Source of the DNA: a virus | Lineage: Duplodnaviria > Caudoviricetes | Length of the DNA: 41,367 nt | Virus record (IMG/VR): IMGVR_UViG_3300021121_000008 | Location: 1-41,367 of that record | Strand: one strand, 5' to 3' | In this document: positions 1 through 7,865 of the stretch, piece by piece | Numbering within the stretch: position 1 is the first letter of the stretch | How the letters are laid out: the number at the start of each line of letters is the position of its first letter | Translations under genes and position numbers: made by a program | Notes under the pieces: model-generated | What the model saw: the letters and a program-made list of their open reading frames with translations, nothing else | Databases searched by the model: none | Told to the model about the DNA's origin: nothing

Positions 1-35
1 GGCTTGGGCATTATCGCGCCGAAATCCAAGGAATA

Positions 36-191
36 ATGAGCGACGAGGAAAAAGAACTGGTCGCCCTACTGCTGGATTACTACGAAGAAACCGCCAGCCG
101 TCAGCCGAAAAACGCATCCGAACGCAAATTGTCGGAAACGCCCGACATCCATTTTTATCAACTGAGAAACACCATCAAACCCAATCAATAA
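36..191 (+). CDS. Small hypothetical protein (51 aa, MSDEEKELVALLLDYYEE...)
   Basis: Manual translation; TAATG overlaps with both the upstream partial gene and the ERF gene. Confidence 0.55.
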   Translation: MSDEEKELVALLLDYYEETASRQPKNASERKLSETPDIHFYQLRNTIKPNQ

Positions 192-943
192 TGAACGAAC
201 TCCAAAAAATTGAACCCGGCACGGTTGAACACGTCCCGGCCCTGACCTCGCTCAACATCCTCGAAGCCGCCGTTCGCGGCGGCGTGACCTCGGAAAACGT
301 CGCCGTGGTCAAAGAACTAGTAGCCATGCGCCGGGAGGAGTTGGCCCTTGAGGCCAAGGCCCGGTTTAACCGCGCTTTTTTCAAGCTGCGGAAAGAAATC
401 GCCAGCATGGACTTCTACGCCGACAAGGCTGCAATGAACGGCGACTCAGTCGCCTACACCTATTGTTCCGAAAAGGAGCTTTCCTCCAAGTTGGAGCCGG
501 TTCTATTCAAGCACGGGTTCGCCATGCTTTTTGGCCAGCGTGACGAGGGGGAGAAGCTGGTTGCCATCATTACCTTGGTTCACGAGGAGGGCCACGAGGA
601 GACGCGGGAATACTCCGTGCGGGCCGGAGGCACCAACCGCATGAAAGACGCAACAGCCGCCGATACGGGGGCCACAACGAGCGCATGGCGGCATCTAGTC
701 ATCAAGATGTTTGGCATCAAATCCCGCATCCGTGAGGAGGACGACGCCAGGAATCTCGGTGAGCAGAATGTGAAAATCACCGCCGAGCAGGCGAACGAGT
801 TGGAGCATCGCGTTGCCCTGACCAACAGCGACAAAGCCGCGTTCCTGCAATTCGCCGGAGCCACCTGCTTCAAAGACATCCCCGCCGCCAAATTTGGCTC
901 GCTGGATGCCATTTTGAAGCGCAAGGAAAAGGCTGGAAAATGA
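191..943 (+). CDS. ERF-family single-strand annealing protein (recombinase)
   Basis: N-terminal EAKARFNRAF helix, YTY..EL...EPVLFKHGF, TLVHEEGHEE, ERF-type GATTSAWRH..MFGI..EDDA; adjacent to exonuclease. Confidence 0.8.
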   Translation: MNELQKIEPGTVEHVPALTSLNILEAAVRGGVTSENVAVVKELVAMRREELALEAKARFNRAFFKLRKEIASMDFYADKAAMNGDSVAYTYCSEKELSSKLEPVLFKHGFAMLFGQRDEGEKLVAIITLVHEEGHEETREYSVRAGGTNRMKDATAADTGATTSAWRHLVIKMFGIKSRIREEDDARNLGEQNVKITAEQANELEHRVALTNSDKAAFLQFAGATCFKDIPAAKFGSLDAILKRKEKAGK

Positions 944-1731
944 TTGTCCACGCCCACTATCAGCAGAAAAACGGTGGCGACCCAACCGAGCAATGGATTC
1001 AAGCCCGGACGGGCTGCGTCACGGCGAGCGAGTTTGGCGACATCGTTGACCTTTCCGGCAAGCTGCGGACTGGCGAAATGCCCCGGACGTACATTGCCGA
1101 GAAAATTTTCGAGCGTTGGACAGGCCGGAAAAAACCGAGCAACTTCTTCACGGTTGAGGTCAATAACGGAGTCATTGTAGAAGAAAAGGCCGCTGCTTTC
1201 GCCTCGCTCGAATACGGTCTGGAAATCCAACACGTTGGGTTTATCTCCAACGACGACGGCACGGTAGGCGCATCGCCCGACGGTCTGATTGGCTGGGATG
1301 GCTTAAAGCTCGACCAGCCAACCAAGCTGCCCGCCTGCTTTAAGCCGACCGCCAACGTAACCGGAATCGAAATCAAGTGTCCGGCCCTGACCACCCATAT
1401 CAAGTGGCTTATGGATGGCGGACTACCCAAGGAGCACTTGGCGCAGGTGCAAGGCAGCATGTGGATGACCGGCTGCGAGTCGTGGCATTTCCTGTCCTAC
1501 CCCCTCGCCTGCTATCTGGACGGCTTTCCGCCTATTCACCTCGTCGTCGAGCGCGACGAGGCTTGGCAGGCCAATTTTTCCGAGTCCATCGCCAAATTTA
1601 TGTCGAAGCTCGACACTGAATTTGCCAAGATTGTGGAAAAGAACGGAGGCCCGCCGCCTCGGTTCGCCCAAAAATCCTACACCATCAACCCCGAAAACTA
1701 CTCCGAAAAGACCGGAGACATTGCGCCATGA
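940..1731 (+). CDS. YqaJ/lambda-exonuclease family protein
   Basis: W..AR.G.VTASEF, GASPDGLI, IEIKCP, QVQGSMWMTG motifs; ATGA overlap with ERF. Confidence 0.9.
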   Translation: MIVHAHYQQKNGGDPTEQWIQARTGCVTASEFGDIVDLSGKLRTGEMPRTYIAEKIFERWTGRKKPSNFFTVEVNNGVIVEEKAAAFASLEYGLEIQHVGFISNDDGTVGASPDGLIGWDGLKLDQPTKLPACFKPTANVTGIEIKCPALTTHIKWLMDGGLPKEHLAQVQGSMWMTGCESWHFLSYPLACYLDGFPPIHLVVERDEAWQANFSESIAKFMSKLDTEFAKIVEKNGGPPPRFAQKSYTINPENYSEKTGDIAP

Positions 1732-2021
1732 TTATCAAATGTAAAATCAACGTGTCCAAAATTGACAAGTCCAAGATGTTTGTCGGCAAGCAAGGCACTT
1801 ACCTCGACATCACGCTTTTGGAGAACAAGAACGGCGTGGACGAGTACGGAAATCACTTTATGGTGGTTCAAGACGTGTCCAAGGAAGACCGCCAAGCGGG
1901 CGTCAAAGGCGCAATCTTGGGCAACGCCAAGAAGTTGGAGCCTAGCGGGCAGGGTGCCACCCAAAAGGCCCGCCAATCGCCACCTGCCGCGACTGACGAC
2001 GGCTCTGACATTCCTTTCTGA
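1728..2021 (+). CDS. Phage single-stranded DNA-binding protein (SSB-like)
   Basis: Acidic C-terminal DDGSDIPF tail; position after recombinase/exonuclease. Confidence 0.7.
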   Translation: MIIKCKINVSKIDKSKMFVGKQGTYLDITLLENKNGVDEYGNHFMVVQDVSKEDRQAGVKGAILGNAKKLEPSGQGATQKARQSPPAATDDGSDIPF

Positions 2022-2022
2022 T

Positions 2023-2163
2023 ATGTCTAAATTCAAACTACCCGAAGTCGGCCACGCGCCGGGGATTGATGTACGCAACATCACCAAATGGCGAGACCCA
2101 AACAAGCACACGGCTACAAGCAATCCTTGGCGTCGTAGCTGCGTACCCAAGAAACCCAAATGA
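2023..2163 (+). CDS. Small hypothetical protein (46 aa)
   Basis: ATG just after the SSB stop; stop overlaps the next ATG. Confidence 0.45.
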   Translation: MSKFKLPEVGHAPGIDVRNITKWRDPNKHTATSNPWRRSCVPKKPK

Positions 2164-2279
2164 GCACTTGGCACCAAGCTGAACAAGACTGGCTCCGCGA
2201 GCCGGAGCCGGTTGACCTCGACGAAGAACTCCGCAAAGACGCCGAACGCGGCGACGAACAACGTGATTTGGAAGATTAA
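2160..2279 (+). CDS. Small acidic hypothetical protein (39 aa, MSTWHQAEQDWLREP...)
   Basis: Manual translation; ATGA coupling; fills the gap before 2283. Confidence 0.45.
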   Translation: MSTWHQAEQDWLREPEPVDLDEELRKDAERGDEQRDLED

Positions 2280-2282
2280 AAT

Positions 2283-2762
2283 ATGAGCGACAATTTACAG
2301 AAAGGAGGCGATGCCAACATGAACCCTAACACAATCCCATTGACCAGCCCCGAACCCGCCAGCGCGGAAGTAGGGGCGCAATTTAACCGTCATTCGTTTA
2401 ATGAAAGCGAAGTCGCAGAGCGTTTTGCGTATCTGATTACAGACCATTTGGAGGAGTACAAGGGGTGGAACTTTGAATCCCTGATCCCCTTCCTGAAAAG
2501 CGCAATGGCTGAATCCACCGCCACCCTTCGTGCCGAACTCGCCGCCGTCAAAGCCGAACTCGCCAAGGCGAAGGAGGATTCGGAGTTGTTGGATTGGTTG
2601 GAAGCAAACATTATTGGAACAATGGGTGAGGCTCGCGCCAACGAGGACGAACACCCTATGCACGTTTGGTTGTTTTCTGCGCCAGCTTACGAACCAGAAC
2701 AAGGCGGACTTTGCCAAGCCATCCGTTCCGCCATCGCCGCGAGTAAGGAGAACAAACTATGA
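2283..2762 (+). CDS. Hypothetical phage protein with coiled coil and DSELLDWLE motif
   Basis: ORF in tightly packed operon; 'D..LLDWLE...AI..AI' module common in phage early proteins. Confidence 0.65.
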   Translation: MSDNLQKGGDANMNPNTIPLTSPEPASAEVGAQFNRHSFNESEVAERFAYLITDHLEEYKGWNFESLIPFLKSAMAESTATLRAELAAVKAELAKAKEDSELLDWLEANIIGTMGEARANEDEHPMHVWLFSAPAYEPEQGGLCQAIRSAIAASKENKL

Positions 2763-3004
2763 ACCAACCTACCCTTAAAGACCTCGCCGAACTGGCGGGG
2801 ATGACGGAAGAAGAATTGTTTGAGGTAGCTAATGCTATTATAGCCGGCTATTCAACTTACCAGAAGCCATCAAAACTCCTCGCCCTCGCGCTCATCAAAG
2901 CGCGGCGGGATGAGTTAAGTAAGTTCAATGGTGTTTATCCACCGGACATTGCCGTCCGCATCTCAACCCTCACCGAAGCCCTGAAAGCTGGAGGTGGGGA
3001 GTGA
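2759..3004 (+). CDS. Hypothetical protein (81 aa)
   Basis: ATGA/GTGA coupling on both sides. Confidence 0.6.
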   Translation: MNQPTLKDLAELAGMTEEELFEVANAIIAGYSTYQKPSKLLALALIKARRDELSKFNGVYPPDIAVRISTLTEALKAGGGE

Positions 3005-3198
3005 AATACTTCGTAAAAGGGCGTTGGTACACCGAGCTTGGCCGTCGTATTGTCATGAATGATCTGCTAAACGACATGCAAGTTTGTATGGCTGATTTAA
3101 AGAAATGCACCATCAGCGACATGGTTAAAACCGCGATGAAGCACGGCGCAACTGTCCGCATTAATTTCGTACCAAACAAACAAAAAGGCACCAAATGA
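3001..3198 (+). CDS. Hypothetical protein (65 aa)
   Basis: GTG start overlapping the previous stop; ATGA overlap with the next gene. Confidence 0.55.
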   Translation: MKYFVKGRWYTELGRRIVMNDLLNDMQVCMADLKKCTISDMVKTAMKHGATVRINFVPNKQKGTK

Positions 3199-3587
3199 CC
3201 ACTGAACAGAAAATCAAAGCGTTGGCGGAGTTGGATGGGTGGACATTTATTCCATCCCACGACAAGCAACTTGACGACGGACTTGTAGCCGTGCCGGACA
3301 AGTGGAGCCATGTTGATGGTGATGAATGTTGGGACAATTTTCCAGAAAACTACCTCACCAGCTACGACGCCATTCTGCCGTTAATCAAGAAGAAGATTAG
3401 CAAAGATACATGCCATTCGTTTTTCGATACACTTGGAATCGAGGCTGCAAAAAAATACGATGATGTTGACGGGGCTTACGAGTATCAAGGTGATGGTAGT
3501 TATTTTGAACAGTGGATATTATTTAATTCGACCCCCGAACAACTCGCCGACGCGCTGCTCCGCTGGACCGGCAAATGGGAGGAATGA
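3195..3587 (+). CDS. Phage protein, ABA-sandwich-like
   Basis: ALAELDGW ... PENYLTSYDAI.PL ... TPEQLADALL pattern. Confidence 0.55.
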   Translation: MTTEQKIKALAELDGWTFIPSHDKQLDDGLVAVPDKWSHVDGDECWDNFPENYLTSYDAILPLIKKKISKDTCHSFFDTLGIEAAKKYDDVDGAYEYQGDGSYFEQWILFNSTPEQLADALLRWTGKWEE

Positions 3588-3624
3588 ATTTCCGGCAATT
3601 CCGCCGGGATGAACAAACTGAAAT

Positions 3625-3807
3625 ATGCGTATATTATACATGCTAATAGCTTGCTGCACTGCAATGATTGGCTATCACATTCACGGCTCAATTTTCTGGT
3701 CTGTTTTGGACTGGATTTTCTGGCCGATAACATGGGTCAAATGGCTTATTTGCCATGACGTAAATGCGGCCATAATTAAGGAAACCTTTACTTGGTTTTT
3801 CAACTAA
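3625..3807 (+). CDS. Small AT-rich membrane protein (60 aa)
   Basis: Two hydrophobic segments, Trp-rich. Confidence 0.6.
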   Translation: MRILYMLIACCTAMIGYHIHGSIFWSVLDWIFWPITWVKWLICHDVNAAIIKETFTWFFN

Positions 3808-3844
3808 ACACATGGCAGGAAGTTACTAACTGCCATCTTAATTT

Positions 3845-4168
3845 ATGACCACCCCGCTCTCACCCGCCCAAATCGGAAAGCTCCAAAGGCTTTTGCCGGA
3901 GGTTGTTGAACTAATTCATGACATCCATAACGACAGGCTCATGTTGACTTGCAATGGTGGATTTGCTCAGAAAGAAGTCCTCGAAACCGAAATCCCCTAC
4001 CTAATCAGCCTCGCGGAAGCGAAGTTGACCAAAGAGCAGTTAGTCGAATTGTCAGACCGCCATTGGTTCAACTTCAACGCCGACGAGGGTTACAACAGCG
4101 ACGAGTTTGGAGTTTACATGTTGAATCTCACCTCCGCCCAACGCATAGACGGGCTGCCGGAGAAATAA
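3845..4168 (+). CDS. Hypothetical protein (107 aa)
   Basis: ORF with AT-rich start context (AATTTATG). Confidence 0.6.
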   Translation: MTTPLSPAQIGKLQRLLPEVVELIHDIHNDRLMLTCNGGFAQKEVLETEIPYLISLAEAKLTKEQLVELSDRHWFNFNADEGYNSDEFGVYMLNLTSAQRIDGLPEK

Positions 4169-4172
4169 ATTT

Positions 4173-4574
4173 ATGACACCCCAAGAAATCACCGAATTGA
4201 ACGAGTGGATTGCGGATAATGTGTTTGGAAACAAGCACGGAAATCGTAGCTGGTGGTGCCCGAATTGCCGCGAATTTGTCCCTGGTGAAAACATCACTTT
4301 CGAGCAAACACACGACACACGCGCAAATGGATGCGGTTTTAGCGTGGACGAACATCCCGACTACACCCAACCCGCCGCCCATGCGAAACTTTTTGAAAAG
4401 TGCGCTGAAAAAACCGGCGGTCTTTATGTTTACCCAACAAGGTTGCCCGGAGACAAGTGGGGCGTTAAAAGGCCGCTGGTTTTTGATACAGAGCAAAGCT
4501 ATGCAACGCAAGCCCCAACCCTCGCCCTCGCCGTGATGAAGCTGGCGATGAAGATTGAATGGAAACAGCCATGA
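4173..4574 (+). CDS. Phage ABA-sandwich-like protein with CxxC insert
   Basis: ELNEWIA.NVFG ... PDYT ... APTLALAVMKLA pattern; CPNC. Confidence 0.6.
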   Translation: MTPQEITELNEWIADNVFGNKHGNRSWWCPNCREFVPGENITFEQTHDTRANGCGFSVDEHPDYTQPAAHAKLFEKCAEKTGGLYVYPTRLPGDKWGVKRPLVFDTEQSYATQAPTLALAVMKLAMKIEWKQP

Positions 4575-4729
4575 GAAACCCCCACACCGCCCGCAAAATG
4601 GCCCAAGCGAAGCGTAATAACCTTATCGCCATGCACCGTGGCCGCAACTCTAAAAAACAATGGCTCCGCTGCAAAAAATGGGGCAACGAGTGGTATAAGT
4701 TGCGGACGAAATTTTACAGGAACAAATAA
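4571..4729 (+). CDS. Small basic hypothetical protein (52 aa)
   Basis: Manual translation MRNPHTARKMAQAKR...; ATGA overlap. Confidence 0.45.
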   Translation: MRNPHTARKMAQAKRNNLIAMHRGRNSKKQWLRCKKWGNEWYKLRTKFYRNK

Positions 4730-4733
4730 CTTT

Positions 4734-4931
4734 ATGACCCAACCAACAACCAAGCCCGTCGCATCCGAGCAGGTTTTTAACGAGCAGGAATATCAAAAGT
4801 TCGTTGATTCTATGGCTTGTTATTGCCATTGCGAACACCCGCACCCCAAGCCCTGCGACGGCGTTTTGGCGGGCGGGGTATGCGATGGGCTTGTAAGTGA
4901 ACCTGATTTTACCATGGACGAACTTGATTAA
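4734..4931 (+). CDS. Small Cys/His-rich hypothetical protein (65 aa)
   Basis: CYCHC..PCDGVLAGGVCD; start chosen at TTTATG. Confidence 0.55.
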   Translation: MTQPTTKPVASEQVFNEQEYQKFVDSMACYCHCEHPHPKPCDGVLAGGVCDGLVSEPDFTMDELD

Positions 4932-4941
4932 TCTGAAGAAT

Positions 4942-5190
4942 ATGACTGAACCAAAAACCAAGACGCCAAGGACGGGCAGGGTAGTCCTCAAAAACTTCAC
5001 CGGAGAAATTGAGAGCGATTCTATTGCCGCGCTTATTGACTTCGCCCGCCGACTCGAAACCGAGCTGAACGAATGGCGGGAGTGTGCGGAGATGTTGTCG
5101 AGGATGGTTAATCCTGAGCAAAAAATAAAGGCTTACAACAGGTTTACCGAACTGAAAACCAAATATGGCGACCCGCGAGCAAATCCTTAA
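4942..5190 (+). CDS. Hypothetical phage protein (TPRT ... FARRLETELNE motif)
   Basis: Common phage 'TPRT/ARxLExEL' small protein pattern. Confidence 0.6.
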   Translation: MTEPKTKTPRTGRVVLKNFTGEIESDSIAALIDFARRLETELNEWRECAEMLSRMVNPEQKIKAYNRFTELKTKYGDPRANP

Positions 5191-5533
5191 ACGATACCCA
5201 AATGCCAACGAACGATTCATCCAGCGCGTCATTGACGCTGATAGTGCCGGGCCGGTTGCCATCGTGGAACGCCCTGCTGTCAGCGCACCACTGGAAACGG
5301 TTAAAAATCAAAAAGGCCCAGCAGGAAGAATTTTTATCCGCTTTGTCTCTGTCCGAAAACGCCTCCTCGACCCGGACAATATTTGCGAGAAGTACCTGCT
5401 TGACTGTCTCCGATATACGCGCCTTATTTCGGGAGACGAGCCGGAAAAAGTCAGCATCCAAACCACTCAAAGAAAGTGCCAGCAAGGCGAGTCGGAAAAG
5501 ACCATTGTCGAAATTTACGAGTTTGATACTTGA
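5165..5533 (+). CDS. RusA-like Holliday junction resolvase, catalytic part
   Basis: RKRLLDPDN..K..LD.L....ISGD catalytic motif and terminal ExTIVEI strand; lacks a RusA-like N-terminus. Confidence 0.7.
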   Translation: MATREQILKRYPNANERFIQRVIDADSAGPVAIVERPAVSAPLETVKNQKGPAGRIFIRFVSVRKRLLDPDNICEKYLLDCLRYTRLISGDEPEKVSIQTTQRKCQQGESEKTIVEIYEFDT

Positions 5534-5549
5534 CAAATCTGTAAAATAG
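5202..5549 (+). CDS. Overlapping (+1 frame) ORF carrying a RusA-like N-terminal strand/helix
   Basis: LTLIVPGRLPSWNALL..HHWKR.K.KK resembles the RusA-family 'L..P...PSxN....HW..R...KK' N-terminus; ATG start. Confidence 0.5.
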   Translation: MPTNDSSSASLTLIVPGRLPSWNALLSAHHWKRLKIKKAQQEEFLSALSLSENASSTRTIFARSTCLTVSDIRALFRETSRKKSASKPLKESASKASRKRPLSKFTSLILDKSVK

Positions 5550-5557
5550 TTCAAAGT
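5530..5557 (+). promoter_or_regulatory. Sigma70-type promoter candidate TTGACA-N16-CAAAGT with shared AATCTGTAAAA spacer
   Basis: Perfect -35; spacer nearly identical to the element at 19830-19858 (-). Confidence 0.5.
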
Positions 5558-5571
5558 ACGGAAAACCACCT

Positions 5572-5961
5572 ATGCCACCCATGAAAACACTTATCTCCGT
5601 CACCATGTTTATCGCCCGCGCCATTGGCCAAGACATCCTGAGTCCCGACCGTTCCGAGGACTGCGCCACTCGCCACCGCGCCGGTCGCAACGGGATGATT
5701 TTCTGCGCCGTGGTCGCCCTGATTCTGCTCGCCGCCAAATGCCACAGCCAGCCGACATTCCGGCCCCCGGCGGATTCGCTGCCACCCAACGCGCCCCACT
5801 TGTCGGCCGGAGACACGGCCCTTGGCGCAGATCCCAAGCGCGGGCTTGGCCCCGATAACCTCCCGGAAGCCACCGAGGAGCGTTTTATGGCCCTTGGCGG
5901 CATCCTGTTTGCTTCGGCCTATCTTTGGGCGTACTGGTACGGCAAAAAGCAGAAGCATTAA
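5572..5961 (+). CDS. Hypothetical membrane protein
   Basis: Two hydrophobic segments (MIFCAVVALILL; FMALGGILFASAYLWAYW); start uncertain. Confidence 0.55.
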   Translation: MPPMKTLISVTMFIARAIGQDILSPDRSEDCATRHRAGRNGMIFCAVVALILLAAKCHSQPTFRPPADSLPPNAPHLSAGDTALGADPKRGLGPDNLPEATEERFMALGGILFASAYLWAYWYGKKQKH

Positions 5962-6038
5962 CCCATTTCCCCGCGTCTGCCCTTGTCGGGGCCATCGGCC
6001 TGAACAACCGAGAAAACAAGGCGCGGGGGATTCAAATT

Positions 6039-6347
6039 ATGAAACCAATCAAAGCACACGCGAGAAACACCGACCCTGAGACGAGCCGCGAGGCTGCGGA
6101 AGCGGTTGTAGAGGTTGGAGAAAAGCAGCACTACGTCATGCGGGCTTTCGTGTCTCGCGGCAGGCCGATGGACGACCAGAGCCTTCAAGAGCAATATCGT
6201 CAGCTTTATCCGAGGGTTCCACCCCAATCCGAATCCGGCATCCGTTCCCGCCGCGCCGAACTCGTCCGCAAGGGCTTGATCGTGGATTCTGGTCGCCGCG
6301 TCAAAACCGCGAGCGGGAGAAACGCGATTGTTTGGAGGCTGGCATGA
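6039..6347 (+). CDS. Phage winged-helix DNA-binding protein
   Basis: ARNTDPETS..AA ... SGIRSRRAELVRKGLIVDSG.R....SGR.AIVW signature. Confidence 0.75.
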   Translation: MKPIKAHARNTDPETSREAAEAVVEVGEKQHYVMRAFVSRGRPMDDQSLQEQYRQLYPRVPPQSESGIRSRRAELVRKGLIVDSGRRVKTASGRNAIVWRLA

Positions 6348-6700
6348 AAACTCCATGCCTTCCAAAGAAATCAAACCTAAACGGCTATCGTCACCCTCAC
6401 GGCTTTGAAATTAACCTCAAAGCCTCCTTGCCGTTCTTCCAAGCTAAGCCGGGTGCCTACGTTCACCGGGTTCGCTCTGGAAGCATCCATATTCGGAATG
6501 GAGAGTTCTCGCACACGTCAATTCATTACTGGTGTGGCGGGATGGGGTTCTTGGAGCAGCGCAGGGGTTCCAAGCTCATGGACAGCCCGCCGCCGGATGC
6601 GGTCATGTGCGCGACCTGTGAGGGCCGCGCAATCGGTGCCGGGCTGACGGAGAGCCGGGTTATTGCGGGCCGGTTCGTTCGATTCTCGCCACGGATTTAA
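6344..6700 (+). CDS. Hypothetical protein, possible Zn-binding (H..WC..CATC)
   Basis: ATGA overlap; last gene before the terminator. Confidence 0.6.
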   Translation: MKTPCLPKKSNLNGYRHPHGFEINLKASLPFFQAKPGAYVHRVRSGSIHIRNGEFSHTSIHYWCGGMGFLEQRRGSKLMDSPPPDAVMCATCEGRAIGAGLTESRVIAGRFVRFSPRI

Positions 6701-6705
6701 AATAC

Positions 6706-6738
6706 AAAGGCCACCCAGATTGACCGGGTGGCCTTTTT
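6706..6738. terminator. Intrinsic terminator between convergent operons
   Basis: AAAGGCCACCC-N9-GGGTGGCCTTTTT: 11-bp stem flanked by A and T runs. Confidence 0.85.
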
Positions 6739-6756
6739 AGTTGGTAGGCGGACGAT

Positions 6757-6972
6757 TTACGGGGCGGCGGGGGACGATGCGGCAGATTCAATCTGCGCCT
6801 CGCTGTTGGGGGCCAGCGTGGCGAAAGATTCGGCAGCGATGGAGGCTTTCAGGGCTTCAATGCCCTCGACGGTCACGTTGCCGGTGGCAAAGAGCTTTTC
6901 GAGGGTCGAGATCAGGGCCGGAGTTTCGGTAATCGCGGCTTGAATGATAGTCAGTAGCAGGGCGGGAGACAT
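6757..6972 (-). CDS. Small hydrophobic protein, lysis region (71 aa)
   Basis: Amphipathic ORF directly downstream of the lipoprotein gene. Confidence 0.6.
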   Translation of the reverse strand: MSPALLLTIIQAAITETPALISTLEKLFATGNVTVEGIEALKASIAAESFATLAPNSEAQIESAASSPAAP

Positions 6973-6984
6973 GGTATTCCTTGG

Positions 6985-7569
6985 TTAGAGTTTGATGTTG
7001 AATTGCGCCAAAAGGGCGGTGAGGTCGTTAAGCGAGTCCGTAAACGCCGCTTGGTCGCTAGCCAGCGTGCTCAGGATGCCCGCAGGCGCGTTGGTGGTGC
7101 CGTAGGCGGCATAAATGGCGTCTCCGTCCAGAACGAGCTTCTCAGAGGCTTGTACCTTCAAAAAGGCGTTCTTGACGGCGATTTGCTGGCTGACTGGCAC
7201 GGTGTTTTGCGAGACGTAAACATCCCAAGCCTTCACGGCGGCGGTCACGGCGGCGTCGGTGGTGCCAATGGTCTTGTAAACGACCGTGGGCGGGTTGCTG
7301 GCGCATCCGACCGCCAAAGAGAGCATCGCAAAGGCCAGAATAACGCTAACCGTGGTGCTCGTGGGGGTGTTCGCCGCCGATTTGGTGGCCGGGTTGTTGC
7401 CGTGAAGGTAATGCGCGAGCAGTCCCGCGCCAATGGTGAATCCGCCGGAAACGAGCGCGGTGATGATGTGAACGCCGTCGTCGGCCCCGATGCCGTACTT
7501 GGCGAAGATGCCCGCCGAGGCGGCGACAATCAGTTTGGTAATGAGAGAGATAGTTTGGTCTTGGTTCAT
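6985..7569 (-). CDS. Holin-like two-TM domain fused to a lipoprotein (internal lipobox LAVG-C); possible spanin/lysis protein
   Basis: Two N-terminal TM helices, linker, third hydrophobic stretch ending LAVGC, then helical domain; start set at MNQDQ. Confidence 0.6.
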   Translation of the reverse strand: MNQDQTISLITKLIVAASAGIFAKYGIGADDGVHIITALVSGGFTIGAGLLAHYLHGNNPATKSAANTPTSTTVSVILAFAMLSLAVGCASNPPTVVYKTIGTTDAAVTAAVKAWDVYVSQNTVPVSQQIAVKNAFLKVQASEKLVLDGDAIYAAYGTTNAPAGILSTLASDQAAFTDSLNDLTALLAQFNIKL

Positions 7570-7617
7570 AATTTTAATGTGTAGACACCCCAACCCTGCC
7601 ACAATCCACCGGGATTG

Positions 7618-7824
7618 TCAATTTCCCTTGTGGAGCCAAACAACGAGGATGCCAACGACGAATTGAAGGACAAGGGTGCCGCCAATGAACATCGCCATGC
7701 GGTTGTCAATTTTTCGCTGCCGCTCCTCCAAAGCGTTTTGTTTAATAGACATTTCGCTCATAAGCTGGTGAAGGTTTTCGGTGTCTTGTTCGAGCAAAGC
7801 CAGTCTCGTTTCATCCCTTGACAT
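7618..7824 (-). CDS. Coiled coil + C-terminal TM protein (holin/XhlA-like)
   Basis: RLALLEQ coiled coil followed by MFIGGTLVLQFVVGILVVWL. Confidence 0.65.
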   Translation of the reverse strand: MSRDETRLALLEQDTENLHQLMSEMSIKQNALEERQRKIDNRMAMFIGGTLVLQFVVGILVVWLHKGN

Positions 7825-7865
7825 AGATTGTTCATGTTTAAAATCAGTTACGGGCCGGTGATGGG

